A stretch of DNA of 46,134 nt, from assembly GCA_964643205.1 (NCBI GenBank), contig CAZXST010000002.1:1-46134 (forward strand), given 5' to 3'. This document shows, one piece after another, positions 1 to 9,475 of the stretch; the stretch's first letter is position 1, and each line of letters starts with the position of its first letter. Origin of the DNA: an uncultured Flavobacteriaceae bacterium (GTDB lineage Bacteria > Bacteroidota > Bacteroidia > Flavobacteriales > Flavobacteriaceae). The notes below the pieces were generated by a model. That model did not search any database and was not told the DNA's origin. It saw only the letters and a program-made list of their open reading frames with translations. The position numbers and the translations under genes were made by a program.

Positions 1-650
1 TTGAGAGTGATACAGTTCCTTCACAAAAATTTATAATTGCTGATTCTTATAATAAAATAATTAGTGATAAAATAAAAAAAATATTTCCAGATGCACATCA
101 ATTTTTTTCTCTAATCAATGATGCTGGAATTGACACGAGAACAATGGTTTATGATAGTTTAGATTCAACATTTGTTAAAAGCAGAAATATAGTATTTTTG
201 GAGACTAAGGATCAAGGTTTTGTTTCGAATATAACAAGTATCTTAAACTCATTTGTTAATGATTCAACGGAAATAATTTTGACAACTACAAATAAGAATA
301 GAGCTTTTGAAGGAATTAATATCTCCAATTACAATATGTCAAACTTAAATTTTCATTATCCTTCTATAAATAGATCAATTGTAGGTAATGACCATGATAA
401 ATTCATAGAAAAATACAATTCTAGATATAATTCTTTTCCAACAAAATACGCTATAAGAGGTCATGATTTAGTTCTAGACTTATTAATTAGATTAAGTTGT
501 GGTAAACTAGACAAAAATAACTTAAACTTAGTTGAATCAGAATATATAGAAAATAAGTTCAAATATGTTAAGGATCAAAATGGAGCATATAAGAATAATT
601 CGACTTATATAATGAAATTTGAGGAACTTAGATTGGTAGAAATTGAATGA
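1..650 (+). CDS. 3' part of a gene for a periplasmic-binding-protein-like (type 1 solute-binding fold) protein; the 5' end lies left of the window
   Basis: The frame is open from base 3 through TGA 648..650, so the tracked Met at 144 is a window-edge artefact. The segment FIEKYNSRYNSFPTKYAIRGHDLVLDLL resembles the F..Y...Y...P...A..GYD helix of Leu/Ile/Val-binding-type folds. The family call is from memory only. Confidence 0.4.
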   Translation, partial: ESDTVPSQKFIIADSYNKIISDKIKKIFPDAHQFFSLINDAGIDTRTMVYDSLDSTFVKSRNIVFLETKDQGFVSNITSILNSFVNDSTEIILTTTNKNRAFEGINISNYNMSNLNFHYPSINRSIVGNDHDKFIEKYNSRYNSFPTKYAIRGHDLVLDLLIRLSCGKLDKNNLNLVESEYIENKFKYVKDQNGAYKNNSTYIMKFEELRLVEIE

Positions 651-715
651 TTTGCTATCTCTATATATTTTTCAAATGATTCTTGATATTTACAAAGATA
701 TTTAATCAAATTCAT

Positions 716-723
716 TAAATTTG
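716..723 (+). promoter_or_regulatory. candidate Bacteroidota -7 promoter box (TAAATTTG) for pyrG-yidC
   Basis: Exact match to TAnnTTTG, 19 nt before ATG 743. Chance matches are common in this AT-rich DNA (I estimate roughly 1 per 1.3 kb per strand). Confidence 0.35.
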
Positions 724-742
724 TTTGCGTTTATAACGCACA

Positions 743-2365
743 ATGTCATATAGCACTAAATTTATTTTTGTTACAGGAGGTGTTTCTTCTTCATTAGGTA
801 AAGGAATAGTTGCGGCATCTCTTGCCAAGTTACTTCAGGCTCAAGGTTATAGAGTTACAATTCAAAAATTAGACCCATACATCAATATAGATCCCGGAAC
901 TTTGAATCCGTATGAACATGGAGAGTGCTATGTTACAAATGATGGTGCAGAAACAGATTTAGATTTAGGCCATTATGAGAGATTTTTAAATGTAGCAACC
1001 TCACAGGCAAACAATATTACAACTGGAAGGATATATCAAAGTGTAATTAATAAAGAAAGAAAAGGTGAATATTTAGGAAAAACTGTACAAGTGATCCCTC
1101 ATATTACTGATGAAATTAAAGAGAGTATTCAATATCTAGCTAATGATAATGAATATGATATAATTATAACAGAAATTGGAGGAACTGTTGGAGATATTGA
1201 ATCCTTACCATATATAGAATCTTTAAGACAGATGAAATGGGAAATGGGTGAGAATAATGTAGTGGCTATTCATTTGACCTTGATCCCTTATCTTTCAGCA
1301 GCTAAGGAACTAAAAACAAAACCAACTCAGCATAGTGTTAAAACATTAATGGAAAGTGGAGTGCAAGCAGATATTTTAGTCTGTAGGACTGAACATGAAA
1401 TAAGTGATAGTATAAGAAATAAATTAGCAAGATTTTGCAATGTTGATACTGATTCTGTAATTCAATCTTTGGATGTTAAAACAATATACGATGTTCCCAA
1501 TCATATGTTAGTTGAGGGATTAGATAAGGTGGTTTTAAAGAAATTAGGTTTAAAATCTTCAAAGCCTGATTTAAAATCTTGGAATAAATTTTTAAAAAAA
1601 TACAAACATCCAAAAAGAGTAGTAAGAATTGCCTTGATTGGTAAATATGTAGAATTGCAGGATTCTTACAAATCAATTTTAGAGTCTTTTATACATTCAG
1701 GTGCAGTTAATGAGGTTAGTGTAGAAGTAACTGCAATACATTCTGAACATATAAATAAAAAAAATGTAGATGAAAAACTAGAAAATTTTAACGGAGTTTT
1801 AGTTGCTCCTGGGTTTGGAGGAAGAGGTATTGAAGGTAAAATTGAAGCGATTAAGTACGTTAGATTAAATAATATCCCATTTTTTGGAATATGTTTAGGT
1901 ATGCAGATGGCTATTATAGAATTTTCTAGAAATATATTAAAACTAGACGATGCTAATTCAACAGAAATGGATTTAAAAACTAAATATCCAGTAATAGATA
2001 TAATGGATGATCAAAAGAACATTATTAATAAGGGAGGAACTATGAGACTTGGATCCTGGGAATGTACACTAAAGAAAAACAGCCTTGTATCTAAAATTTA
2101 TAATTGTGATATTATTCATGAAAGACATAGGCATAGATATGAATTCAATGGTGAGTATTTAAAAAATATAGAAGCAAATGGTATGCTTGCTACAGGTATT
2201 AATAATGATACTGGGCTAGTTGAGATAATAGAATTAACAAATCATCCGTGGTTTGTTGGAGTTCAATTCCATCCTGAATACAAAAGTACAGTTCTTTCAC
2301 CTCATCCTTTATTTGTTTCATTTATTGCAGAAGCTACAAAATATTCTAATAAAAAATCTGAATAG
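743..2365 (+). CDS. pyrG: CTP synthase (glutamine-hydrolysing)
   Basis: 540 aa. Synthetase N-terminus FIFVTGGVSSSLGKGI. Class-I glutamine amidotransferase C-terminus with GICLGMQ (Cys nucleophile), HRHRYEFN and QFHPE. ATG start about 20 nt downstream of a TAnnTTTG box. Confidence 0.97.
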   Translation: MSYSTKFIFVTGGVSSSLGKGIVAASLAKLLQAQGYRVTIQKLDPYINIDPGTLNPYEHGECYVTNDGAETDLDLGHYERFLNVATSQANNITTGRIYQSVINKERKGEYLGKTVQVIPHITDEIKESIQYLANDNEYDIIITEIGGTVGDIESLPYIESLRQMKWEMGENNVVAIHLTLIPYLSAAKELKTKPTQHSVKTLMESGVQADILVCRTEHEISDSIRNKLARFCNVDTDSVIQSLDVKTIYDVPNHMLVEGLDKVVLKKLGLKSSKPDLKSWNKFLKKYKHPKRVVRIALIGKYVELQDSYKSILESFIHSGAVNEVSVEVTAIHSEHINKKNVDEKLENFNGVLVAPGFGGRGIEGKIEAIKYVRLNNIPFFGICLGMQMAIIEFSRNILKLDDANSTEMDLKTKYPVIDIMDDQKNIINKGGTMRLGSWECTLKKNSLVSKIYNCDIIHERHRHRYEFNGEYLKNIEANGMLATGINNDTGLVEIIELTNHPWFVGVQFHPEYKSTVLSPHPLFVSFIAEATKYSNKKSE

Positions 2366-2366
2366 T

Positions 2367-4211
2367 ATGCAGGAAAATAATGTTGATATTAAGGGAATTA
2401 TAGGATTTATACTTATTGGAGTGTTATTGATGCTGTGGGTCTGGACAAATCCACCAGAACAAGTTGAAATTATAGAACAGGAGAATCAGCAGACTGAAAT
2501 AGAGATAAAATCAAGAGATAAGGAAAATATTAATGAGAATTTTTCTATAGATGAAATTAAGAATGATTTATTTGATGATGTCGAAAAAGATAATTTAGAT
2601 TATGTTACTGAAATTAAAAATAATCTTTTTGATATTAAGTTTTCAAAAAAAGGAGGTCAGATCTCTCAACTTGCATTAAATAAATTTATTGATTACAATG
2701 GGTCTCCTATTTTCTTAATAAGGGATGGAAACTCAATTTTTAATATTGATTTTAAAACTTTTAATGACAGGGTAATAAGTACAAAGAATCAAGATTTTAT
2801 TTCCAACTCCTATAAAGATGGTAATAATGATATTGTTTCAATGAAATTAACTGTTTCTGATGAAAAATATTTGGAATATTTATATGTAATAAAACCAGAT
2901 GAATATGTTATTGATATTACCATGAAATCTAGAGGATTTGCTGATCTTGTAAATCATAATGAGGATTATATTTTTTCATGGGAATTAAATGGAATAAGAA
3001 ATTCTAAGAGCATAAGTTATGAGAACAGATATACAAGATTAACATATTATCACGATGAAAATAAAATTGATAAATTATCTCAAATGGGAGATGATGAAGA
3101 TGAAATAACTGATATTAATTGGATTTCTTTTAGACAGCATTTTTTTAGTTCAATTCTTATCCCTTCTAATAAGACTTTTAAGTCTGCTAAAATTAGTTCT
3201 AGGGATTTAGTTAAGGATGAATCAATAGATACATTATATACAAAGCACTATATGGCACAAATCCCATTTTCATTTAACAATAATGAATTTGACAAATCCT
3301 TTAGAATTTACTTTGGACCGACGGATGGTAAAGTATTTAATAAACATGATTTGGATTTAGATGAAAGTATTCCTTTTGGTTGGGGTATATTTGGATTTAT
3401 TAATAAATCTGTTTTTGTTCCACTATTTAGATGGCTTAGCTCAATCTTCCCATATGGAATAGCAATTATTTTTATGACTATTCTTGTTAGACTTGCTTTA
3501 GCACCAGTGCTTTATAAATCTTATTTGTCTCAAGCTAAAATGAAAATTTTAAAGCCTGATGTAGAACAATTAAATAAACAATTTAAGGATAACCCAATGA
3601 AAAGACAACAGGAGATGATGTCTTTATACAGCAAGGCTGGAGCTAGTCCAATGAGTGGTTGCTTACCCGCATTATTACAGATACCTGTATTTTATGCATT
3701 ATTCATGTTTTTCCCATCAGCATTTGATTTGCGTCAAAAGAGTTTCCTTTGGGCAGAAGATTTATCAGCGTATGATAGTATTATGGAATTGCCATTTAGG
3801 GTATGGGGATATGGTGATCATGTTAGTTTATTCCCAATATTGGCAGCTATATCTATATTTTTCTATATGCAAATGACGATGGGACAGCAGACAGCATCTC
3901 AACCTCCACCTCAGGAGGGTATGCCAGATATGACTAAAATGATGAAATATATGATGTATGTGTCCCCAATTTTTATGTTAATTTTCTTTAATAATTATGC
4001 AAGCGGATTAAGTTTATACTATTTTATTTCAAATATTTTATCAATTAGTATAATGTTTGTTATTAAAAATTATATTTTGGATGAGACAAAAATTCGTGAA
4101 AAAATTCAGATAAATAAAGCAAAGCCTCAGAAAGCACCAAATCGTTTTCAAAGGAAAATGCAAGAGTTAATGGATGAGGCAGAAAAACAAAAAAGAAATC
4201 AAAATAGGTAA
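2367..4211 (+). CDS. yidC: membrane protein insertase YidC
   Basis: I place the start at ATG 2367 (MQENNVDIKG...), 1 nt after the pyrG stop. The tracked TTG at 2253 would overlap pyrG by 113 nt. The protein has an N-terminal TM (IIGFILIGVLLMLWVW), a large periplasmic domain, then the conserved insertase core (LYSKAGASPMSGCLPALLQIPVFYALF, SLYYFISN) and a basic tail. 614 aa, typical for Bacteroidota YidC. Confidence 0.93.
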   Translation: MQENNVDIKGIIGFILIGVLLMLWVWTNPPEQVEIIEQENQQTEIEIKSRDKENINENFSIDEIKNDLFDDVEKDNLDYVTEIKNNLFDIKFSKKGGQISQLALNKFIDYNGSPIFLIRDGNSIFNIDFKTFNDRVISTKNQDFISNSYKDGNNDIVSMKLTVSDEKYLEYLYVIKPDEYVIDITMKSRGFADLVNHNEDYIFSWELNGIRNSKSISYENRYTRLTYYHDENKIDKLSQMGDDEDEITDINWISFRQHFFSSILIPSNKTFKSAKISSRDLVKDESIDTLYTKHYMAQIPFSFNNNEFDKSFRIYFGPTDGKVFNKHDLDLDESIPFGWGIFGFINKSVFVPLFRWLSSIFPYGIAIIFMTILVRLALAPVLYKSYLSQAKMKILKPDVEQLNKQFKDNPMKRQQEMMSLYSKAGASPMSGCLPALLQIPVFYALFMFFPSAFDLRQKSFLWAEDLSAYDSIMELPFRVWGYGDHVSLFPILAAISIFFYMQMTMGQQTASQPPPQEGMPDMTKMMKYMMYVSPIFMLIFFNNYASGLSLYYFISNILSISIMFVIKNYILDETKIREKIQINKAKPQKAPNRFQRKMQELMDEAEKQKRNQNR

Positions 4212-4229
4212 TTATAAAAATATATCAAC

Positions 4230-4763
4230 TTGAAAAAAATTGTAGCTTTTGGAGCAAGCACATCTTCAAACTCAATAAATAAGAAATTAGCTACTTATGC
4301 AGCTCAAAAAATAAGTGATGCTAATATAAAAATATTAGACCTCAACAATTTTGAAATGCCTATTTATAGTGAAGACTTTGAGAGGGTTAATGGTATTCCC
4401 AAGTTAGCTTATGATTTTAAAGAAATAATTAAAGAGGCAGATGGAATTATTATTTCATTCGCTGAACATAATGGTGCATATACCGCTGCATTTAAAAATA
4501 TTTTTGATTGGATTTCTAGAATAGAAAAAATAGTATGGTATAATAAACCAATGTTTTTAATGGCGACTTCTGAAGGACTTAAAGGAGCTTCTTCGGTACT
4601 CCAAATAGCTTATAATAGAATGTCTATAGGAAATCCTAATCAGATTCCATATTTCTCTTTACCTAATTTTAGTGACAATTTTAATCATCAAACAGGAATA
4701 AAAAATCAAGATTTGAATAAAAAGTTTATTGATTCATTATCAATTTTTGTTGAATCCCTGTAA
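4230..4763 (+). CDS. NAD(P)H-dependent FMN reductase family oxidoreductase
   Basis: 177 aa with a TTG start (there is no upstream ATG in frame). The N-terminus MKKIVAFGASTSSNSINKKLA and the segment ADGIIISFAEHNGAYTAAFKNIFDW match the flavodoxin-like NADPH-dependent FMN reductase fold. Confidence 0.72.
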   Translation: MKKIVAFGASTSSNSINKKLATYAAQKISDANIKILDLNNFEMPIYSEDFERVNGIPKLAYDFKEIIKEADGIIISFAEHNGAYTAAFKNIFDWISRIEKIVWYNKPMFLMATSEGLKGASSVLQIAYNRMSIGNPNQIPYFSLPNFSDNFNHQTGIKNQDLNKKFIDSLSIFVESL

Positions 4764-4815
4764 TGACTCATAAATAGAATAAGTTAACTTCATCCATTAT
4801 TTGTAATTTTATAAA

Positions 4816-6003
4816 ATGAAAAAAGTTGTAATTGCTCTTTCAGGTGGAGTAGATTCTAGTGTTGCTGCATATTTATTAAAAAAACAAGGCTATCATGTTA
4901 TAGGACTATTTATGAAGAATTGGCATGATGAATCCGTTACCATCTCTAAGGAATGCCCATGGCTAGATGATAGTAATGATGCAATGATAGTTGCACAAAA
5001 CTTAAAAATCCCTTTTCAGACTGTTGATCTTAGTAAAGAATATAATACTAGAATAATACAATATATGTTTAGAGAATACAAGCATGGAAGAACACCTAAT
5101 CCTGATATTCTTTGTAATAGAGAAATAAAATTTGACATATTTATGAAAATTGCACTGGATCTTGGGGCTGACTTTGTTGCAACTGGACATTATTCAAGAA
5201 TTACCAGGGAGAAGAAGGGAAAAATTAATATACATAAATTGATATCTGGTGTTGATAAATCTAAGGACCAATCATATTTTCTTTGCCAACTTAATCAGAA
5301 ACAATTGTCAAGAATTTTGTTTCCAATTGGAAATTTAAAAAAAACTGATGTGCGTAAGATTGCAAATGACATTGGATTAGTTAATGCAGAAAAGAAAGAC
5401 TCACAAGGCTTATGTTTTGTAGGAAAAGTTAAATTGCCTGACTTTTTAATGCAGAAACTTAAACCTAAAGAAGGGTTAATTATAGAAATAGATCCTTCTA
5501 GTGATTTGTATAAAAAAAAATCTGATAATTCTTTAACAATAAAAGAAAGGTTAATAAAAGGTGTTAGAAATATCAATTATAAAATTGATAATGGGAGAGA
5601 GGTAGGCAAACATAATGGTGCATTTTATTTTACTATTGGACAAAGAAAGGGATTAAGAATTGGAGGCTCTAAAAAACCATTATTTGTTTTACAAACTGAC
5701 GTAGAAAATAATATTGTATATGTTGGTATGGGAAAAGATCATCCAGGATTATATAGAGATGCTTTATTAGTTGATTCTAATGAGGAGCATTGGGTTAGAG
5801 AAGATTTAAAATTGTCTTACAATGAATCTATGATTGTAATGGCAAGAATTAGATATAGACAACCATTGCAAAAAGCAAGATTATTCAAGTATAAAGAAGG
5901 AATATATGTTTTATTTGATAAACCTCAGTCTTCTATTACTAAGGGACAGTTTGTTGCATGGTATATAGAAAACGAATTAATTGGTTCAGGTGTAATTTCA
6001 TAA
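4816..6003 (+). CDS. mnmA: tRNA 2-thiouridine(34) synthase MnmA
   Basis: 395 aa. PP-loop [13 protein letters not shown], catalytic Cys regions NPDILCN and SQGLCFVG, and GQFVAWY near the C-terminus. Confidence 0.95.
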   Translation: MKKVVIALSGGVDSSVAAYLLKKQGYHVIGLFMKNWHDESVTISKECPWLDDSNDAMIVAQNLKIPFQTVDLSKEYNTRIIQYMFREYKHGRTPNPDILCNREIKFDIFMKIALDLGADFVATGHYSRITREKKGKINIHKLISGVDKSKDQSYFLCQLNQKQLSRILFPIGNLKKTDVRKIANDIGLVNAEKKDSQGLCFVGKVKLPDFLMQKLKPKEGLIIEIDPSSDLYKKKSDNSLTIKERLIKGVRNINYKIDNGREVGKHNGAFYFTIGQRKGLRIGGSKKPLFVLQTDVENNIVYVGMGKDHPGLYRDALLVDSNEEHWVREDLKLSYNESMIVMARIRYRQPLQKARLFKYKEGIYVLFDKPQSSITKGQFVAWYIENELIGSGVIS

Positions 6004-6007
6004 TATT

Positions 6008-7594
6008 ATGGGCTTTAGACTTTTATTTATTTTTTTTTTATTCCAGGTTTATACATATGCTCAACTAGAAGATGCATGGGTTTACTTAAATGATAAACCT
6101 AATTATGAATATTTTATTGAAAACCCTATACTTATATTAAGTCAAAAATCTATAAATATGAAGTCTTTAAAGAACATTCCAATAGACTTTAGAGATGTGC
6201 CTATTAATGAATCGTATATAGAAACTATTGATAATTTTCAAGGATTGGATGTTTTGTCAAAATCTAAATGGTTTAATTGTCTGCATGTTCGTGGGGATTA
6301 TGAAGAAATTGACCAGTTGCAAAACTTAGCTTTTGTTGATAGAATAGAATATGCAAATCGATCTAATAACAGAATCAATAAAACTGAAATGAAAGATAAA
6401 TTTTCTGAGATAAATTATGATCTAAACAATAGAGTCCCATTTGATCAAATTCAAATGATTAACTTGGACTTTCTACACAGTCTTGGCTTTACTGGAAGTG
6501 ATATTTCAGTAGGTGTATTTGATGCAGGTTTCAGAAATGTTGATACAATGGAAGGGTTTGATAGATTGAGGAGTTTAGGAAATATAAAATATACATATGA
6601 TTTTGTTAACAAAACTGAAAATTTGTTTGATTATATTGGTAATTCTCATGGGACAAATGTTTTAAGTATTATAGCTGGATATATTGAAAACCAATTTTAT
6701 GGAACGGCAATTGATGCTGAATTTTATTTATTTAGGACAGAAGATGTTTCTTCAGAAAATCCTGTTGAAGAAAGCTATTGGGTAGAAGCTATTGAAAGAG
6801 CTGACAGTTTAGGCATAGATATAGCCAATACTTCCCTTGGGTACAGAACATATGATAACTCTAGCTATAGTTATTCTCAAGAAGAAATGGATGGAACTAC
6901 CGCATTTATCACTAGGGGTTCTAATGTTGCTTATGAGAAGGGTATAATACTGGTTAATTCTGCTGGAAATTCTTCAGTAAATGGTGTTATTGCTCCAGCT
7001 GATTCTAGGGGTGTTTTTTCAATTGGAGCAGTTGATGGATTTGGAAATTATGCTTCTTTTAGTTCACAAGGAAACAGTTTTCAACAAGTAATAAAACCTG
7101 ATATATCAGCACGTGGATCAGGCACGTATTTAATTAATTCTTTAGATAATCTTGTACAAGGAGGAGGTACTTCTTATAGTTCTCCAATTATTGCTGGATC
7201 CGTTGCATGTTTATTGCAGGCATTTCCGACATTAAAAAATAATCAAATAATGAATATTATCAGATATACTGCATCTCAATATCAATACCCTGATTATTAT
7301 TTGGGCTATGGAATACCTAATTTTGAATTAGCTTATCAATTAGCTTTGAATGTTGAGGAGGCCCCCATTATCATATTTCCTAATCCTGTTGATGAAATCT
7401 TAAATATAGTATCAACTATTGATAGATACTTGGAGATAAAAATATTTGATATTTCTGGAAAATTATTGTATTCAAGTATAATTAATGGCATGAATAACGT
7501 ATTGCTCATGCAAAATTTTCAAAAAGGAATTTATATTCTTAAGATTAAGCCAGAATATGGTGATTCAGAAATATTTAGATTTGTAAAAAAATAA
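6008..7594 (+). CDS. secreted S8 (subtilisin-family) serine peptidase with a T9SS C-terminal sorting domain
   Basis: Signal peptide MGFRLLFIFFLFQVYTYAQ. Catalytic triad contexts VGVFDAGF (Asp), GNSHGTNV (His), GGGTSYSSPIIAG (Ser) and oxyanion NSAGN. The last ~75 aa (IIFPNPVDEILNIVS...GIYILKIK) look like a Por-secretion tail. The gene lies 4 nt after mnmA. Confidence 0.88.
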   Translation: MGFRLLFIFFLFQVYTYAQLEDAWVYLNDKPNYEYFIENPILILSQKSINMKSLKNIPIDFRDVPINESYIETIDNFQGLDVLSKSKWFNCLHVRGDYEEIDQLQNLAFVDRIEYANRSNNRINKTEMKDKFSEINYDLNNRVPFDQIQMINLDFLHSLGFTGSDISVGVFDAGFRNVDTMEGFDRLRSLGNIKYTYDFVNKTENLFDYIGNSHGTNVLSIIAGYIENQFYGTAIDAEFYLFRTEDVSSENPVEESYWVEAIERADSLGIDIANTSLGYRTYDNSSYSYSQEEMDGTTAFITRGSNVAYEKGIILVNSAGNSSVNGVIAPADSRGVFSIGAVDGFGNYASFSSQGNSFQQVIKPDISARGSGTYLINSLDNLVQGGGTSYSSPIIAGSVACLLQAFPTLKNNQIMNIIRYTASQYQYPDYYLGYGIPNFELAYQLALNVEEAPIIIFPNPVDEILNIVSTIDRYLEIKIFDISGKLLYSSIINGMNNVLLMQNFQKGIYILKIKPEYGDSEIFRFVKK

Positions 7595-7604
7595 CAAATT
7601 GTAG

Positions 7605-8564
7605 TTAATTTTTTGATTTTTCATATTGACTAAGAATAACTACTGAAAAAATTCCAATTAATATAAATAATATTCCTATAAATGTTTCTTGATTCAATTC
7701 AGGGATATATCTTTCTATTTTTCCACTTTCAACTATATCATTTTTCCATGGCCATATAACCCCAAGAGAGCCAATTATAAATCCAAGAATTATCGAGTAA
7801 CACAATTGATCATATTTTCTTAAAAAGAAACTTAGAATATTCGATAGTAAAATTAGTCCTGCCATTGATCCAGCGGCAAATACTGAAATTATCTTTAGTT
7901 TATTTATTCTATCAATACTATCAACAAAAGAATAATCACCCTTTATCATTTCAAAAATAGAATCGTACAATGCATTCACGGAATCTACTAGTAAAAGAAC
8001 GTAATTTCCCATTAGTATAAGAATAAATGAACCTGAGAGACCGGGTAAAATCATCCCAGAAACACTAATTACTCCGCATATAAAAACAAAAATTAAATTA
8101 TCATTTTCACTAGCAGGATTCATTATGCTTATTCCTACACCTATTATTATGCCAAAAAAGAGAATAATTATATTTTCTCTAGTCCAACTATCTATTTTCT
8201 TTTTTAGGTGATAAACAGTTCCAATAACAAGTCCAAAAAACAAACTCCACACATATATCTCGTATCTTTCTAATAAGAAGTCAAGTAATTTTGATGTTGA
8301 AAAGTAGCTAATTACTATACCCAAAAGTATGAGAATTAAGAATTGTCCATTAATGTGATTGTAAAACCGTGCTAATTTTCCAGAAAACAAAAATTGTAAT
8401 GCTTTTCTATCTATTTTTTTTAGAGAGAAAACAAGTTCTTCATAAAACCCAATAGCAATTGCTACAAGACCACCAGAAACTCCTGGTATCTTGTTAGCAG
8501 TACCCATTAGAATTCCATTAATTAGTGTGGAAAGTGAAGAATATAAATTTCCAGATTTTTTCAA
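7605..8564 (-). CDS. DUF368 family membrane protein (PopT-type polyprenyl-phosphate transporter family), copy 2
   Basis: 319 aa, multi-TM. Family signature GILMGTANKIPGVSGGLVAIAIGFYEEL and its internal repeat LPGLSGSFILILMG. TTG start at 8562..8564 overlaps the TGA stop of the upstream paralogue (TTGA). Confidence 0.8.
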   Translation of the reverse strand: MKKSGNLYSSLSTLINGILMGTANKIPGVSGGLVAIAIGFYEELVFSLKKIDRKALQFLFSGKLARFYNHINGQFLILILLGIVISYFSTSKLLDFLLERYEIYVWSLFFGLVIGTVYHLKKKIDSWTRENIIILFFGIIIGVGISIMNPASENDNLIFVFICGVISVSGMILPGLSGSFILILMGNYVLLLVDSVNALYDSIFEMIKGDYSFVDSIDRINKLKIISVFAAGSMAGLILLSNILSFFLRKYDQLCYSIILGFIIGSLGVIWPWKNDIVESGKIERYIPELNQETFIGILFILIGIFSVVILSQYEKSKN

Positions 8565-9442
8565 TTATTTAATTTTTGAATCTTTTCTAATGAAAAAATT
8601 AATAAAAAGCCAATTGAAATTAAAATTATTGAATAAAAAAGATAATTTTCTCCAATATAGGATGATGGTAAAATGTTTTGTCCTAATTCTGACTTCCAAG
8701 GCCAAACTTTGCTTAATGAACCAATAACAAAACCTAATAGAATAGAATAGGTGAGGGATGAGTTTTTACTAAACATCCATTTTATTATTTTACTAAAACT
8801 TAACAGTCCTATTATAGCTCCTGAAGTAAATGTTATGATTTTGTCAAATTCTAAATTATTAACTGCATTAATCATTGTAGAATATAAACCTAATATAACT
8901 AATATAAGAGCACCAGAGATTCCTGGTATAATCATAGCCGATGCAGCTATAATTCCACATATAAGAATATATGATAGGCTTATATTAATATTATCAATTG
9001 CATTGATTTTGGTTAGATAGAATGAGATAAGAGTTGCAATTATTACAAATATTATATTAATATAATTCCATGATTTAATTAATTTATATATTACATATAT
9101 TGTTGCTAGTACCAGTCCTATAAAAAATGACCAAATTAAGATTGGATATTTATCAAATAAATATGCAGTTATCTTAACAAATGTAATTAAGCTAATTCCT
9201 ATGCCAATTATTAGTGATAATAAGAAATTTCCATTAAGTTTTTGCCAAAAATAAGTGAATCCATTACTCTTTAGATCCTTTAAAAGAGATATGTTGATAT
9301 TGCCTATTGTATTAATTAATTTTTCATAAATACCCAATAAAAGTGCTATTGTTCCACCTGAGATTCCTGGAACTGCATCAGCAGCACCCATTGCCATTCC
9401 TTTTAAAGTTAATACTAAATAGTATGAAAAATTTTTTCTCAC
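8561..9442 (-). CDS. DUF368 family membrane protein (PopT-type polyprenyl-phosphate transporter family), copy 1
   Basis: 293 aa, multi-TM. GMAMGAADAVPGISGGTIALLLGIYEKL and the internal repeat IPGISGALILVILG. GTG start at 9440..9442. Confidence 0.8.
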   Translation of the reverse strand: MRKNFSYYLVLTLKGMAMGAADAVPGISGGTIALLLGIYEKLINTIGNINISLLKDLKSNGFTYFWQKLNGNFLLSLIIGIGISLITFVKITAYLFDKYPILIWSFFIGLVLATIYVIYKLIKSWNYINIIFVIIATLISFYLTKINAIDNINISLSYILICGIIAASAMIIPGISGALILVILGLYSTMINAVNNLEFDKIITFTSGAIIGLLSFSKIIKWMFSKNSSLTYSILLGFVIGSLSKVWPWKSELGQNILPSSYIGENYLFYSIILISIGFLLIFSLEKIQKLNN

Positions 9443-9475
9443 AGTAAGGTTTATGATAAAATAAGTGTTAAGCTA

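Noticed and set aside
2253-2366. 38-codon N-terminal extension of the yidC ORF from a TTG at 2253
   Set aside because: It overlaps the conserved C-terminus of pyrG by 113 nt in another frame. ATG 2367 sits 1 nt after the pyrG stop and is followed by a normal YidC N-terminal TM.
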